Positions 1 through 14,600 of a stretch of DNA of 64,000 bases are shown piece after piece. The notes under the pieces are model-generated. The model was not told the DNA's origin and did not search any database. It saw only the letters and a program-made list of their open reading frames with translations. This DNA comes from Mobula hypostoma (taxonomy: Eukaryota), in the NCBI RefSeq assembly GCF_963921235.1, contig NC_086108.1:93746001-93810000 (forward strand), written 5' to 3'. Within the stretch, counting starts at the first letter, position 1. Every line of letters begins with the position of its first letter. A program made the position numbers and the translations under genes.

Positions 1-3000
1 TCCGCAAAGCCAATGTCTAATCCAATTTACTACCTCATCTTGAATGCATGAGAATGAACCTTCTTGACCAACCTCTCACGCTGACCTTGTCAAAGGCCTT
101 TCTAAATCCATGTAGACTCCATCCACTGCCTTGCCTTCATCAATTTTCCTGTTAATTTCCTCAAAAAACTCTATAAGATTAGTTAGACCGGAGCTACCAT
201 GCAGAAAGTCATGTTGACTATCCTTAATCGGTCAATGTCTATCCAAATACTTACATATCCGGTCCTTTGAATACCTTCCAATAACTGTCCTACAACTGAT
301 GTCAGACTCACCAGCCTATAATTTCCTGATTTATTCTTAGAGCCTATCTTAACAACATTAGCTATCCTACAATCATCCGCAACCCACCCATGGCTAAGGA
401 TTTTTTATAATGAATACTTTGCTTCAGTCTTCACTGTGGAAGACACTAGCAGTGTGCCAGATATTGAAGGGTCTAAGGGAAGAGAAGTGAGTGCAGTTAC
501 TATTACAAGGGAGAAGGTGCTCAAAAGGTTAAAAGTCCTAAGGGTACGTAAGACACCCGGACCAAATAAACTGCACCCTAGGGCTCTGAAAGAGGTAGCT
601 GTAGAGATTGTGGAGGTATTAGTAATGATCTGTCAAAAATCTCTGGACTCTGGCATGGTGCCAGAGGACTGGAAAATTCCAAATGTCACTCCACTCTTTA
701 AGAAAGATGGAAGGAAGCAGAAAGGAAATTATAGACCAGTTAGCCTGACCTCAGTGGTTGGGAAGATGTTGGAATCAATTGTTAAGGATGAGGTTATGGA
801 GTACTTGGTGACACAGGACAAGATAGTACAAAGTCAACATGGTTTCCTTAAGGGAAAATCTTGCCTGACGAGCCTGTTGGAATTCTTTGAGGAGATTACA
901 TGTAGGATAGTTAATGGGGGTGCAGTGGATGTTCTATATTTGGACTTTCAGAAGGCCTTTGACATGGTGCGACACGTGAGGCTGCTTACCAATTTAAGAG
1001 CCCATGGTATGACAGGAAAGTTACTGGCATGGTTAGAGCATTGGCTAATTGGTAGGAGGCAGCGACTGAGAATAAAAGGATCCTTTCCTGGTTGGCTGCC
1101 ATGGGGTCGGTCAGTGTTGGGACTGTTTCTTTTTATGCTGTATATCAATGATTTAGATGATGGAATAACTGGCTTTGTTATCAAGTTTGCAGATGATATG
1201 AAGGTTGGTGGAGGGGCAGGTTGTGTTGAGGAAACAGGTAGGATGCAGAAGGACTTAGACAGATTAGGAGAACGGGCAAGAGAGTGGCAAATGGAATACA
1301 AGGTTATGAATTGCATGGTCACACACTTTGGTAGTAGAAATAAATGTGCAGACTATTTTCTAAACAGGGAGAAAATCCAAAAATCTGAGCTGCAAAGGGA
1401 CTTGGGAGCCCTTGTGCAGAACAACCTGAAGGTTAACTTGCAGGTAGAGTCAGTGGTGAGGAAGGCAAATGCTACGTTAGCATTCATTTCAAGAGGTCTA
1501 GAAAATAAGAACAGGGTTGTGATGCTGAAGCTTTTTAAGGCACTGGTGAGGCCTCGCCTTAAGTATTGTGAACAGTTTTGTGCTCCTCATCTAAGAAAAG
1601 ATGCACTGGCATTGGAGATTGTTCAGAGGAGGTTCACAAGGATGATTCCGGGAATAAAGGGGTTATCATAGAAGGATGAGGGCGGATCTCATTGAAACCT
1701 TTTGAATGTTGAAAGGCCTAGACAGAGTAGATGTGGAAAGGATGTTTCCCATGGTGGGGGAGTCTCGGACAAAAGGGCACAGCCTCAGATTAGAGGGGCA
1801 TCCGTTTAAAACAGAGATGCGGAGAAATTTCTTTAGCCAGAGGATGGTGAAGTTGTGGAATTTGTTACCACAGGCAGCTGTGAAGGCCAGGTCATTGGGT
1901 GTATTTAAGGAGGAGATTGATAGGTTCTTGATTTAGCATGGCATCAAATGTTATCAGGAGAAGGCTGGGGAGTGGGGCTGAAGAGGAGAGAAAAGGAGCC
2001 TCCATCATAGAATGGTGGAGCAGACGGCCTCATTCTGCTCCATGTCTTCTGATCTTAAGTATCTCTGCTAGGGCCCCTGCACTTTTTGCACTGGCCTCCC
2101 ACAAGGTCTGAGGGAACACCTTGGCAAGCCCTGGGGATTTATCCACCCTAATTTGCCTCAAGACAACAAGCACCACCTCCTCTGTAATCTGTATAAGGTC
2201 CATGACCTCACTGCTGCTTTGCCTCATATCTACAGAATCTGTGTCCATCTCCCGGGTAAATACAGAAGCAAAAAAATCCATTTAAGATCTCCCCCATCTC
2301 CTTCAGCTCCGCACATAGATTACCAATCTAATCTTCCAGAGGATCAATTTTGACCGTTGCTATCCTTTTGCTCTTAATATATCTGTAGAAGCCCTTAGGA
2401 TTCCCCTTTACCTTGACTGTTAGAGCACCTCATGTCTCTTTTATTCAACCTGATTTCCTTCCTAAGTGTTCTTTTACATTTCTTATACTCCTCAAGTGCC
2501 TCATTTGTTCCAAACTGTCTATGCCTTTGATGCACCTCCTTCTTTCTCTCAACCAGGGCCTCAATATTTCTCGAAACCAAGAATCCGTAAACCTGTTATC
2601 TTTGCCTTTTATTCCAACAGGTACATACAAACTCCTGTCAAAATTTTCACTTTTGAAGGCCACTCACTTAACAAGTACACCTTTGTCAGAAAATAATCTG
2701 TCCCAATCCACACCTGCCGGATCCTTTCTGATACCATCAGTATTGGCCTTTCTCCAATTTGGAATCTCAACCCAAGGATCAGACCTATTCTTTCTCATAA
2801 TTACCTTGAAACTAGTGGCATTCTGACCACTAGACGCAAAGTGTTCCCTTGCATAAACTTCTGTCATCTGCCCTGTCTCATTCCCTGATGGGAGATCTAG
2901 TATCGCCCTCTCTCTAGTTGGGACTACTATGTACTGATTAAGGAAACTTTCCTGAACAGATTTGACAGACTCTATCCCATCTAGTCCTTTTACAGTATGG

Positions 3001-3570
3001 GAGTCCTAGCCAATATGTGGAGAGTTAAGATCACCTACTATCACAATCTTATGTTTCTTGCAACATTCTATGATCCCTCTACAAATTTACTCCTCTAAAT
3101 CCAGCAGACTGTTGGTTGGTCTATAATATCCCAATAACATGGTCACGCCTTTCTTATTCCACAGTTCTACCCATAAAGTCTCATTAGACCCTCTCCAGTC
3201 TGTCCTGACTGAGCCCTGCTGTGACATTTTCCCTGACTAGAAATGCCAACCCTCCCACTCTGTCACATCGAAAACAACAGAACGCTGGAACACTGAGCTG
3301 CCAGTCCTGCCCCTCCTGCCACCAAGCCTCACTAGTGGCTACATTGTCATAATTCCGCATGCTGATCCAGGCCCGGAGGTAATCTGCCTTTCCTACAGTA
3401 CTCCTTGCATTTGAAATATATGCAGCTCAGAACATTAGTCCCACCATGCTCAATCTTTTGATGATCAACTTTGTATGTATGTAGGCTTGATAACATCTTT
3501 CTCAACAACCACTCCACTATTTGTTCTAGCGCACTGGTTCCCATCCTCCTGCGACTCTAGTTTAAACCAT
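1..3570 (-). mobile_element. Degenerate CR1-clade LINE (ORF2 EN/RT), interrupted by an opposite-strand CR1 at ~412-2050
   Basis: Minus-strand fragments FASVFTREMD, IRVDKSPG..AGALAEILK, LSCIYF; the text broken at ~410 resumes at ~2055. Confidence 0.75.
412..2050 (+). mobile_element. 5'-truncated CR1 LINE, RT region and 3' UTR
   Basis: ORF 436-1671 with [27 protein letters not shown]; continues in ORF 1706-1936 ([13 protein letters not shown]). Confidence 0.92.
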
Positions 3571-4379
3571 CACATCCCCCCCAACCCCATTCTCTACTAG
3601 CATACCTTCCCACTAGGATATTAGTCCCCCTCCAGTTCAGGTGCAAACGTCCCTTTTGTATAGATCCCACCCTCCCTGGAAGAGAGCCCAATGAAAGATT
3701 TCAATCAATGGGCCCTCTCACTCTGCAGGCATTACCCTTAAATCCCAGTGCAAAGTTCAATGGGCACTGATGACTTACCCCCTGATTTTCTGCAATATTT
3801 AATCCCTTATTATTGAGATTTTTGTCATTTCTACTATGTTATTTGGAATTAGTCTGTCTGACATCCTAGGGATATTAATAATGCCTTCTATGGTGAAGAC
3901 TATTACAAAAAAAACTTACTTGACATGTCTGCCCTTTCTTTGTGTGCCTCCTTTCCTCAGAGTTCCTCACTTACCTTAGGCGCCTTCTTCCTAGCATACC
4001 TGGTTGGGAGCTGAGGGACTGAGGGTGTGAGTTAACAGAGGTTCTAACAGACGTCTTCAGCATCACCCTGGATCAGTCCACAGTCCCTTCAGGCTTCAAG
4101 GCAGTCTTCTACAACACCAGATGCTATCAGCCCCCACTTTTAACTTCCTCCCCAGCGTGATGTTTAGTCCGAGCCTCTTGGCCGTGTCTGCATGCTTTTA
4201 TGTGTTGAGTTGCTGCCGCTTAATTGGCATAATTGGATATTTGCACTGATGAGCAGGTGTACAGGTAGCCACTGAGTGTGTGTACTTAGATAATAAATTT
4301 ACTCTGAACTTTGATTGCAGTGCGACCTTGCAGCAGTTGTAACATTTCACCTGACAATGTTTGTTTCCCTATTCCTCAG

Positions 4380-4495
4380 TGTAACTACTCAGTGACTACA
4401 ATAATGGTAATCCTGATCTTCATTGGCTTCAGGAAGAAAGCCTACACCTCTTCACAAAACCTGCCTGCATTTGTAGCTCTGTTACTGCTCTATGG
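4380..4495 (+). CDS. ABCA4: ABCA4 exon (~human exon 37): [39 protein letters not shown]
   Basis: ttcctcag| ... TATGG|gtaag, 116 bp. Confidence 0.93.
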
Positions 4496-7400
4496 GTAAG
4501 GTATTAATTCAGCATCTCCATTATTCATCTCCTCTGGGACTGGTTGGTCATACTTTGTCTGCAAAATGAACACTGGCATCAAATGTGTGTCCCCTTCTGT
4601 TGCAGGTGGGCGGTGACCCCCATGACGTACCCAGCATCGTTTGTGTTCAGCGTTCCCAGCACTGCCTACGTGGCTCTGTCCTGCATCAATCTCTTCATCG
4701 GCATCAATGGCAGTGCTGTCACTTTTATTCTCGACTTGTTTGAAAATAGCAGGGTGGGTTTTCTTTGAGTCCTTGTAAGCCTACTAAATAGACATTTTAG
4801 CAACACTCACAATACGCTGGCGGAACTCAGCAGGTCGGGCAGCATCCGTGGAAAAGAACCCACGAACAGTTCCAACCCGAAACGTTGACTGTTCTTTTCC
4901 ACGGATGCTGCCCGACCTGCTGAATTCCTCCAGCGTGTTGTGAGTGTTGCTTTGACCCCTGCATCTTTTTTTTTAGATTATGAGAACATTCAGTCCTCTT
5001 TTATTGTCATTTAGAAATGCATACATGCATTAAGAAATGAAAGTGTTTCTCCCGAGTGATATCACAGAAAACAGGACAAACCAAAGACTAACACTGACAG
5101 AACCACATAATTATAACATATAGTTACAGCAGTGCAAAGCAATACCATAATTTGATGAAGAACAAACCATGGGCACGGTAAAAATAGTCTCAAAGTCTCC
5201 AAGTCGATCGACTCCCAAGTCCCCGATAGCAGGTGGCAAAAGGGAGAAACTCCCTGACATAAACCTCCAGGCACCGTCAACTTGCTGATGCCTTGGAAGC
5301 AGCCAACCGCAGCCAACACTGAGTCCATCCGTCCGAAAACTTTGAGCTTCCAACCAGCCTCTCCGGTACAGCCTCCCAAGCACCATCCTCTGCCGAGCGC
5401 CTTCGACCTCGCCCCGGCTGCTGAAACAAGCAAAGCCGAGGATTTCGGGGCCTTCTGCTCCGGAGATTCCGGTTACCACACAGTAGCAGCAGCAGCGAAG
5501 CGGGCATTTCAGAAGTTTTCCAGATGTTCCTCCGTACTCTCACGTCTGTCTCCATCAAATCAGGATTGTGCACAGTCACCTACTTGACAGATAACAGACA
5601 TCACTACTGAAGTGGCCGCGCGCGCTGCCATCTGCAGAGTATTTTGTGTGAATAGACACTTAGTTTTGCTCTTTGCTGGGAGAATGGTGGAGAGGGCTGA
5701 GAGGGAGACCTGGGAATGTAGAATTACCCCTGCTCTGCTGGTTTGCATTATTGGTGCAATGAGAGACTAAATAGTTAGAAGCAACTATAGGCCAGGTCAT
5801 GACCAGGTAATCAAGCTGGGACTTGAAGATCTGAGTTACAGGGAAAGGTTGAATAGCTTCAGACTTTATTCTCTGGAACGCAGGAGACTGAGGGGAGATT
5901 TGACAGAGGTATACAAAGTTGTGAGTGGTATAGATAAGGTTAACGCAAGCAGACTTTTCCCACTGAGGTTGCATGAGACTAGAACTAGAGGTCATGGGTT
6001 AAGGGTGAAAGGTGAAATATTTAAGAGGAACATGAGGGGGATCTTCTTCACTCAGAGGGTGGGGCAAGTGTGGAACAAACTGCCAGTGGAAGTGCTGGAT
6101 GCGGGTTCAATTGCAACATTTAAGAGGAGTTTGGTTAAGGTGCAGACCAGTGGGATTAGGTACGCAGAATAAAAGCTAACATGGGGCAGGTAATAACCAG
6201 GTGAACAGACAGGATCTGAGAACCTGAGATACAGGGAAAAGTCAGACTGGGACTTTATTCCCTGGAGAGTGGGAGAATAAGGGGAGATTTGATAAAGTTA
6301 TGAGGAGTAACACTTAAGAGAAGTTTAGATAAGTACATGGATTTGAGGGGTACGAAGGGCTATGGTCCAGGTGCAGGTCAATTGGACTGGGTGGAATAGC
6401 AGTTCAACATTACTAGATGGGCTGAAGGGCTTTTTTGTGCCGTAGTATTCTGACTCTAATGAATGGGCCTTCTTATTTCATTTTGTTCAAAAAATACAAT
6501 GTTATATTTTTATAAAAATGTTATTTGTTCAACAAATGAATCTCTGATAATCTGCAGGAATTCAATATAGTTTGTTTGTTTAATTGTCATTCAACTGTAC
6601 ATGAATACCGTTGAATAAAGACAATGAAACAGTGTTACTCCAGGGCCAAGGTGCAAAACACAGTACTAATTATATATATGAGAGAGAGAGTGTGAGTGAG
6701 AGAGAATGAGTGAGTGAGAGTGTGAGAGTGAGAGTAGGAGAGTGAGAGAGAGAGAGGGAGAGAGACCTGCACCCACACAACCCCCCTCCCACCCTTGGCA
6801 CTCCTTCTCTGCCACCTGCCCCACACCCTTCCCATGGTGCCTCACCCTCACTATTCCCAACATCCTTTGCTCCCGCCCCATTTACAAACTCACTCTCCAC
6901 TCCACGTTAACAAATACTGTAGTGTGCAAAAATCTGAGGCACCCTAGCTATATATATGAGGGATGATTGATAAGTTCGTGGCCTAAGATAGAAGGAGTCA
7001 ATTTTAGAAAACCTGGCACATTTATTTTTCAACATAGTCCCCTCCTACTTGTACACACTTAGTCCAGCAGTCGTAGAGCATACGGATCCCTTCTTTGTAG
7101 AAGTCGGTGTCTTGGACCTCCAGAAAGTGGTCCACCACACAGGTGATTGATAAGTTTGTGGCCTACGGTAGAAGGAGATGGGTTATACAGCTCTCGTTAC
7201 ACGCACGTACAGTTCAACTCTTTGAGTGATTATACAGAAAGTTTAAAGTTAATAACTCATCTCCTTCTACTTTTGCACAGTACTGTATAAAGTAATGATG
7301 AATACCAGGGAGGTAGGGCATTGGGTGGCTAGTAAGGTTGTTGGGTGATAACTGATACAGAAATACACAGTGAACTTGTAGCTTCTGAAGTTCAGTAGTT

Positions 7401-8605
7401 CTTCAGGTGTGCCCTATTTGCTTATGGCCGAAGGTCAAAGCAATTAATACTGCATGATTTTTCTGTTCCAGGGTCTCCAAATGTTCAATTCAATGTTAAA
7501 AAATGTTCTGCTAGTATTTCCACACTTCTGTTTGGGAAGAGGTTTAATCGACATGGCTATGAATCAGGCAGTGACTGAGGTATACGCAAGGTTTGGTAAG
7601 TCTTCACATAGTACATCGGAGAGTCAGTGAGTGTGTCTCCATCCTCAGGTCCGAATGTTCTTCACTCATAAGTTGAATGTACTGAGGGCGAATATTATAC
7701 TGAAAATGAAATCACCATTTTAAGACTTAGTTTCACCTAATTTTAAGTTTCTTCAATGTGCCGTTTGTCAATACAGAAACTGCAAGCAGAGACTACACAA
7801 TTATTAACCTCACTTTTGATTTACTTGTGAGAAGGTATTATTTACCTTTTTAGAGAAAAAGCACAGTAAGAAGCCCTAGCCAATTACGCCCATATGATCA
7901 AGTAACCCATGTGGTCACGGGGACAATGGACAAACTCCGTATGGACGGTGGGAAGAATTGAACCCTGATCGCTGGTGCTGTAATAGTGTTATTGCTAACC
8001 TCTACTCTTTTGTGTCAAACCAATAAATGTGACGACCCTTAGCATCCTCTCAATTTTACCACCCTCCCAGTGAAGCAGAGTTGTGAATGCCCGTGGAAAA
8101 TGTCCGAGTCCTCAGGTCAGGTGTATTCAGAAGAATCTCCCTGGTCAGATAGTTCCTCACCTGTCACAGTCAAACTGCATTAACTTGTGGCAGCAAATGT
8201 CAGCACTCAAGCGGGTCTGTGGACACTGAACTGTGAGTCACCAGAGCTGTAACTTAACAACAGTTTCAAAAAAATCATCTAATGATAAAGAAAAAAAGTC
8301 TAAAAACCTATCTAATGTTGAACACTAGATTGGGTTAAAGCAACGAGTTTAAATAAGCTTTTACTGGAAAGGAGATGGTTATGGTTAGCTTTACTAATTT
8401 GGAACTTGCAGTAGTGCAGCAATTCTGCTAACCGCACACTGAAAGTACAAATATTCAGAGACTTGTGTTTATGTGGTTACTGCAAAAGCAGACCGACTAT
8501 TGCCTGCATTACTGGTTTCCTGTTTTCAGAATCCAACCTGACAATCATACAAACCAGAGAAAATCTGCAGATGCTGGAAATCCAAGCAACACCAAAACAC
8601 ACACA

Positions 8606-8643
<38 letters not shown>

Positions 8644-8649
8644 CACACA

Positions 8650-8699
<50 letters not shown>

Positions 8700-11600
8700 C
8701 ACACAGTGAAGGGGGATCTCGGAAGGACAGGTGGCATTTATGAAAAAGAGTATTGTCAACGTTTTGGGCTGAGACCCTACACCAGGACTGGAGTAAAAAA
8801 GATGAGTAAGAGAAACTCAGAGGGGGGGAGGGGTGAGGAAAAGAACTGGGAAGTTGTTTGGTGAAAGAGATACAGGACAGGAGAAGAAGGAATCTGATAG
8901 GAGAGGACAGAAGGCCATGGAAGAAAGAAAAGGGGGAGGAGCACCAGGAGGAGGTGATGGGCAGGTAAGGAGATAGGGTGAGAGAGGGGAAAGGGGATGA
9001 GGAACAGTGAAGATGGGGGGATTACTTTTTATTTGGGCACTGCGGCTGTACTCCACACAGAGTAACCCACATGGTCACAGGGTGAACATACACACTCCCT
9101 ACGGACAGTGGCAGGAATTGAGCCTGGGGTGCTGGTGCTGTCACAGTGTTACGCTAACTGCTACACTATCATGCCGCCCCCATAAATATGACAACCCTTG
9201 GCATTCTCTCAGTTTTACCGCTCACCCAGTGAAGCAGTATTGTGAACGTCCATGGAAAATGGCCAAGTCTCAGACGGTTTTAAATAAAAATATTTTTGTA
9301 AGTTTGCTCATAATTCTCTCCAATGTGAAAGAATCTTCAACAGTTATTAAGTTTTGAAGTTGTGAGTAAACCATTTTGTCCCTCATTCCAAAGGTGTCCA
9401 TGTTAGTAGGTTAATTGGTCACAAGGGTGTAATTGGTGTAACCAGCTCATCGGGCTCTAAAGACCTGTTGCCCTACTGTATTTCCAAATAATTCTACTGT
9501 GATTGGAGGAAAGTTTACGAGGAATGTTAGAGATAAGTTTTTTACAGAGAGCGGTGGGTGCATAGAAGAGACAGATACACTAAGGACTTTTTAAAAACTC
9601 TTGGATGATAGAAAAATGGAGGGCTGTGTAGGAGGGAAGGGTTAGATTGAAGCTAGAGCAGGTTAAGAGGTCGGCACAGACCGGAGGGCCTGTACTGTGC
9701 TGAAACGTTCTATGTCTTATGTAACTGGGGTGAAATGTGTCAATGTCAGAACGGATATGATGGAGCTGGAAGATAGAGTATAATCTTTACAGGAAGTGGG
9801 GATGTGATGGAGCTGGAAGATAGAGTATAATCTTTACAGGAAGCGGGGTTGCAGGTGATCTAGTTACTTCAGCTGTGGGAGTCGGCATGCTTGCAATGGC
9901 TGTTGCTCACCAACCTGTCCCCTGAGATAAAGAACCCAAGAAAGAGAAGGGAGGAGCTGCAGGTTGAGCATGCAAAAGTGAGAGGAAGATGGTAGTGAAG
10001 GTAAAGCAAGCAACCCGATGGCACTCTGCTACCCATCCCGTCACCACTAGCCCATTCCCTCCCCCCACCCCACTCACTGGCTCAGCAGGAGGACAATCCA
10101 GAATAAAAATACGATTCTCTATGTCCCTGTTTATTCCTCTCCATAGATGCTGCCTGGCCTGCTGAGTTCCTCCAGCATTTTGTGTGCGTTGCTCAGGATT
10201 TCCAGCATCTGCAGAATCTCTTGTGTTTATCAACAGAGTTAAACCAGTTCAGTATACACTGGGGACTGGAAGTGGGAAGGTTAATCATTATCAGGTGCTG
10301 GAGATACACAGTGGGCAGACAGTCTCCTCACCCAGCTCTTCCGAGCCAATAGTAAGTATCAGTGCTAAGAATTAAAACCATAAGACCATAAGCTATAGGA
10401 GCAGAATTAGGCCATTTGGCCCATCAAGTCCACTCTGCTATTTCATTATGACTGATCCATTTTCCCTCTCAGCCCCAATCTTCTGCCTTCTCCCCGTATC
10501 CCTTCATGCCCTGACTAATCAAGAATCCATCAACCTTTGCCTTAAATGTACCCAATGAATTAATTATTAATCAATATCTATTTTTGGATACAAAATTAGA
10601 ATTGTTCTCATTCTGGAGATAGTCATGAGGCAACTAGTTAATGTGCTGAATTTTGTTTTGTAGGTGAAGATTTTTATTTTAACCCATTCCACTGGGAGTT
10701 CATCGGCAAGAACCTTACAGCTATGGCGATCGAGGGAGTCGTGTACTTCGCTCTGAACCTCCTCTTCCAACACCACTTTTTCCTCAGCCACTTGTACGTA
10801 CGTCACTTTCCCCAAAGGAGGAATTCCTTCCTCTGTCTCCTACTTAACCTGAAACACAGTGCAGCCTTCAGCACTCCCTCCCTGTCTCCCTTAATATTTC
10901 GCTTCTTCAGGCAACTGATTTCCTTTTGGTAGGATTTATGAATTTTGTTTCAACAAAAGTTAATCAGAATCAGGTTTATTGTCATTGACATGTGTCATGA
11001 AATTTGTTGTTTTCTGGTTGATATAAAAATTACTGTAAGTTAGAAAAGCAAATAAGAATACAAAAGAGGAATAGCAAGGTGGCATTCGTAGGCCATGAGC
11101 TGTTCAGAAATCTGATGGCGGAGGGGAAGAATCTGTTCCTAAGACATTGAGTGTATGTCTTCAGGCTCCGGTACCTCCTCTCCAGTGGTGGTAATGAGAA
11201 GTGGTCATGACCCAATGGTGATGGAGGCTGCCTTCTTCAGGCACTGCCTTCTGAAGATGTCCATGAAGTGAGGTAGTGTTGTGCGTGTGAAAGAGATGGC
11301 TGAGTCCACAACATCTGCAACCCTGCGCCATCCTGCCAGGCAGGGACTCTCCATGGTACGTCTGTAGAAATTTGCTAGAGTGATGGGAATTCCATTAATC
11401 AACTGCTCAGTGCAGTAATTATCTGTCACCCTGCAACAGGTGTGGCATTTGGAGCAGACGTAGGTCAGTCCGACCGTCAAGGTGCTCTGCCTTTCAGTGA
11501 GATCATGGCTGGTCCAGGCTTGATGACCAACTCCATCTTCCTGCTTGTTCCCCAAAACGTTGATTCTTTCAAGTCCAAAAATCTGCCTATCTCAGCCTTG

Positions 11601-14600
11601 AGAGAATTCAGTGACTCCACCTCCATAGCTCTCTCAGGTACAGAATCTTAAAGATCCTGAAGAAGAAATTCCTCCTCATCTCCGTCTCAAATGGATGTCC
11701 CATTGTTCTGAGCTACATTCCTCTAATTATAAATTCCTCCATGAGGGGAAACACCCGTTCAGTGTAATACACTTTCAATTCCTCTAAATTCTAACCTGCT
11801 CAACCCTCTCGAATTAGGCAACCCATTCATTCCTGAAATCAACTTAAAACTCAAAGGCAAAATCTGAAGTGAAAACGGAACTTGATGAAATACCTTGCAG
11901 GTCAGACAGCAGCTGTGGAGAAAGAAACAGAGTGAACTTTCTAATTTGACCCTGCGTAATCAGGTCAGAAGTGGTCCATCTGGTGAATCTTCATCAGATC
12001 ATTCCATGACATTCTTAACACCAGGGAGCAGACTGCTAACAACTTCATTCATAATTCTTACATTCATTCACAAGGTAGTTGGACTTTTACAATGTTTCTA
12101 TCGCCTTCTTATGCTAGTGATTACTGAAACCAAGGAACAAATAATATGAAACCCCTGAAAACTGTGACACTTTAACAATAAAAGTATCGTGTAGTTGGTT
12201 GCTCATGTTCCTGGAGACTTATTGCAAAAAATATGGATGCTAGTCCCACCATGTATATTTTAGAAGGGCTGGAGGTGAGTTTTAGGAAGGAGAGGAGGGA
12301 AGATGATTTTAGGGAGGTCCGGGGGCAAATGGTGGAATACTTGCCAATGGAGGATGAAATTGTGGGGAGTTCCCTCCAGATTTGAAGGAATGCAGTTCCC
12401 TGGATGAAAAAATAGAGTTTGGGAGGAAATAGGCTAATGTGGGATTTAATTACATATTTGAGAATTATAGTTTAGAAGTGCTGAGGAACCAAAAGCTAAT
12501 GTACGTTCAGAAATAGACATTGGCAAGGAGAAACTGTAATACCACAGCAGCACAAAGGAAAAGAAAATTAGCGCAAAACATGCAGCAGGTTTGCTATTAG
12601 TCCACTTTGCATGTCATCTGAATTTACTTGCGTCTCCTTTGCCTTATCTACTGGTTTGTTCATCTACTCAATGCCAACATTCCAACCTGTTGATCTTCCT
12701 GTCAGCGCTCAGTTTGGCAAACTGTCAGCTCTGCTGTCCATGGTGAGTGTTGAGACAACAAGCAGGGGTCAGGGTTCGCTCATACACACCCACTATACAT
12801 ACCAGAAAATGTTCCCCGAGCAGCATGACCAGGCCCACCAGGCATTGATGGTTTTAGCCATCACCCCCATTTGAATGTCTCCCTTTTTGATACAGGCCAA
12901 TAACTCTCAGCAACTTGCCTGCCATTGAAGAAGATGATGATGTGGCGAAGGAGCGTGAAAGGATTCAGACCAAAGTCAAGTATGACATACTGAAAATAAA
13001 GGAACTGAGCAAGGTGGGTGGAACCCAGTCAGCTTATTAAAGGGGATTTACGTTAGAAAGTAACTAAGGTTGAATTCTGTTCCCACAGTATTACGCAGGG
13101 AAATCCCAACCGGCTGTTGATAGGATCAGTGTAGGTGTTCGTCCCGGAGAGGTATGTTTCAAACTCCACAAGAATATTTAAAGCTAATTGCACACGTTCA
13201 CAAACTAGTCATTTCATTTGTTCATTATCCTTTCCGCCGGACTTTAGTGCTTTGGGCTCCTGGGTGTCAATGGTGCTGGAAAAACAACCACCTTCAAAGT
13301 ACTGACCGGTGACATACATCCCACATCGGGTGATGCTTCGATAGCAGGCTACAGGTACATTTCTACGCACTCCTAGATGCTTTTATTTTCTTTTATTTAT
13401 TGAGATACAGCGTGGAACACACACTACTGGCCCCTCAAGATGTGCCACCCGGCGACCCCAATCTAACCTGAGCCTAATCACGGGACAATTTACAATGACC
13501 AATTAGCCTTCCAACTGGTATGCCTTTGGACTGTGGGAGGAAACCCACACGGTTATGGGGAGAACGTACAAACTCCTTACAGGCAGCAGAAGGAATTGAA
13601 CCCGAGTCAGGGGTACTGTAAAGCATTGTCTTAACCAACACCACCCTTTTGGAAATTAAGCAGAATCGGATTTATCCGAAAGACACGAAATTTGTTATTT
13701 TATGGCAGCAGTGCAATGCAATTTATAAGATATACTATAAATTATAAAGAGAAATACTATGTATGTAAAAATAATTAAATAAGTAGTGAAAAAAAGAGAG
13801 CAAGAAGAGTGATGAAGGGTCTCGGCCTGAAACGTCGACTGTACCTCTTCTTAGAGACACTGCCTGGCCTGCTGCGTTCACCAGCAACTTTGACATGTGT
13901 GGTTAAAAAGAGTGATGTGGTGTTCACGGATTCACCGGTCATTTGAAAATCTGATGGCAGAGAGGAAAAAGGTGTTCCTAAAATGTTGAGTAAGCATCCT
14001 CAGACTCCTGCATGTCCTTCCCAATGGCAGTAATGAGATAAAAGCAGATTATGGTGGTGGGGGTCCTTAATGCTAGATTCCTCTTTTTGAGGCATGGATA
14101 TTTGAAAGAATCGATGGTGAAGAGGCTGGTGCCCATGATGGAGCTGGCTGAGTTTACAATCCACTGTAGCTTTTTCCGATCCTACGATTTGATACCTCCA
14201 AACCAGACGGTGATGAAACCAGTTAGAATGCTCTCCACAGTCCATTTGTAGAAACTTCCTAGTGTCTGTCATTAAGTAGGCTGTTCTGAATGAATTTAGA
14301 AGAACAAAATATGCTGCCTTTAATAACTTTGCTAACAATCCTAAACCTTGCTGTTTCATTGAATTCCGTCGCTGTTTTGTGACCTTTGCTCTCAGTATTC
14401 TCACCCACATTGAAGACGTTCACCAGAACATGGGATATTGCCCTCAGTGTGATGCAATCGACGACCTCCTCACAGGCCGCGAACATCTCTTGCTCTACGC
14501 TCGCCTGCGCGGTGTTCCGGAAGATGAGATCGACCAGGTAATTTTCCCAGTGAATACTATTGTACAGCTTAAGGCAGCTGTGGAAGGGCCACTGGTGCAA

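Noticed and set aside
8463..8864. His/Thr- and Val/Cys-repeat ORFs
   Set aside because: Translations of the (CA)n microsatellite.
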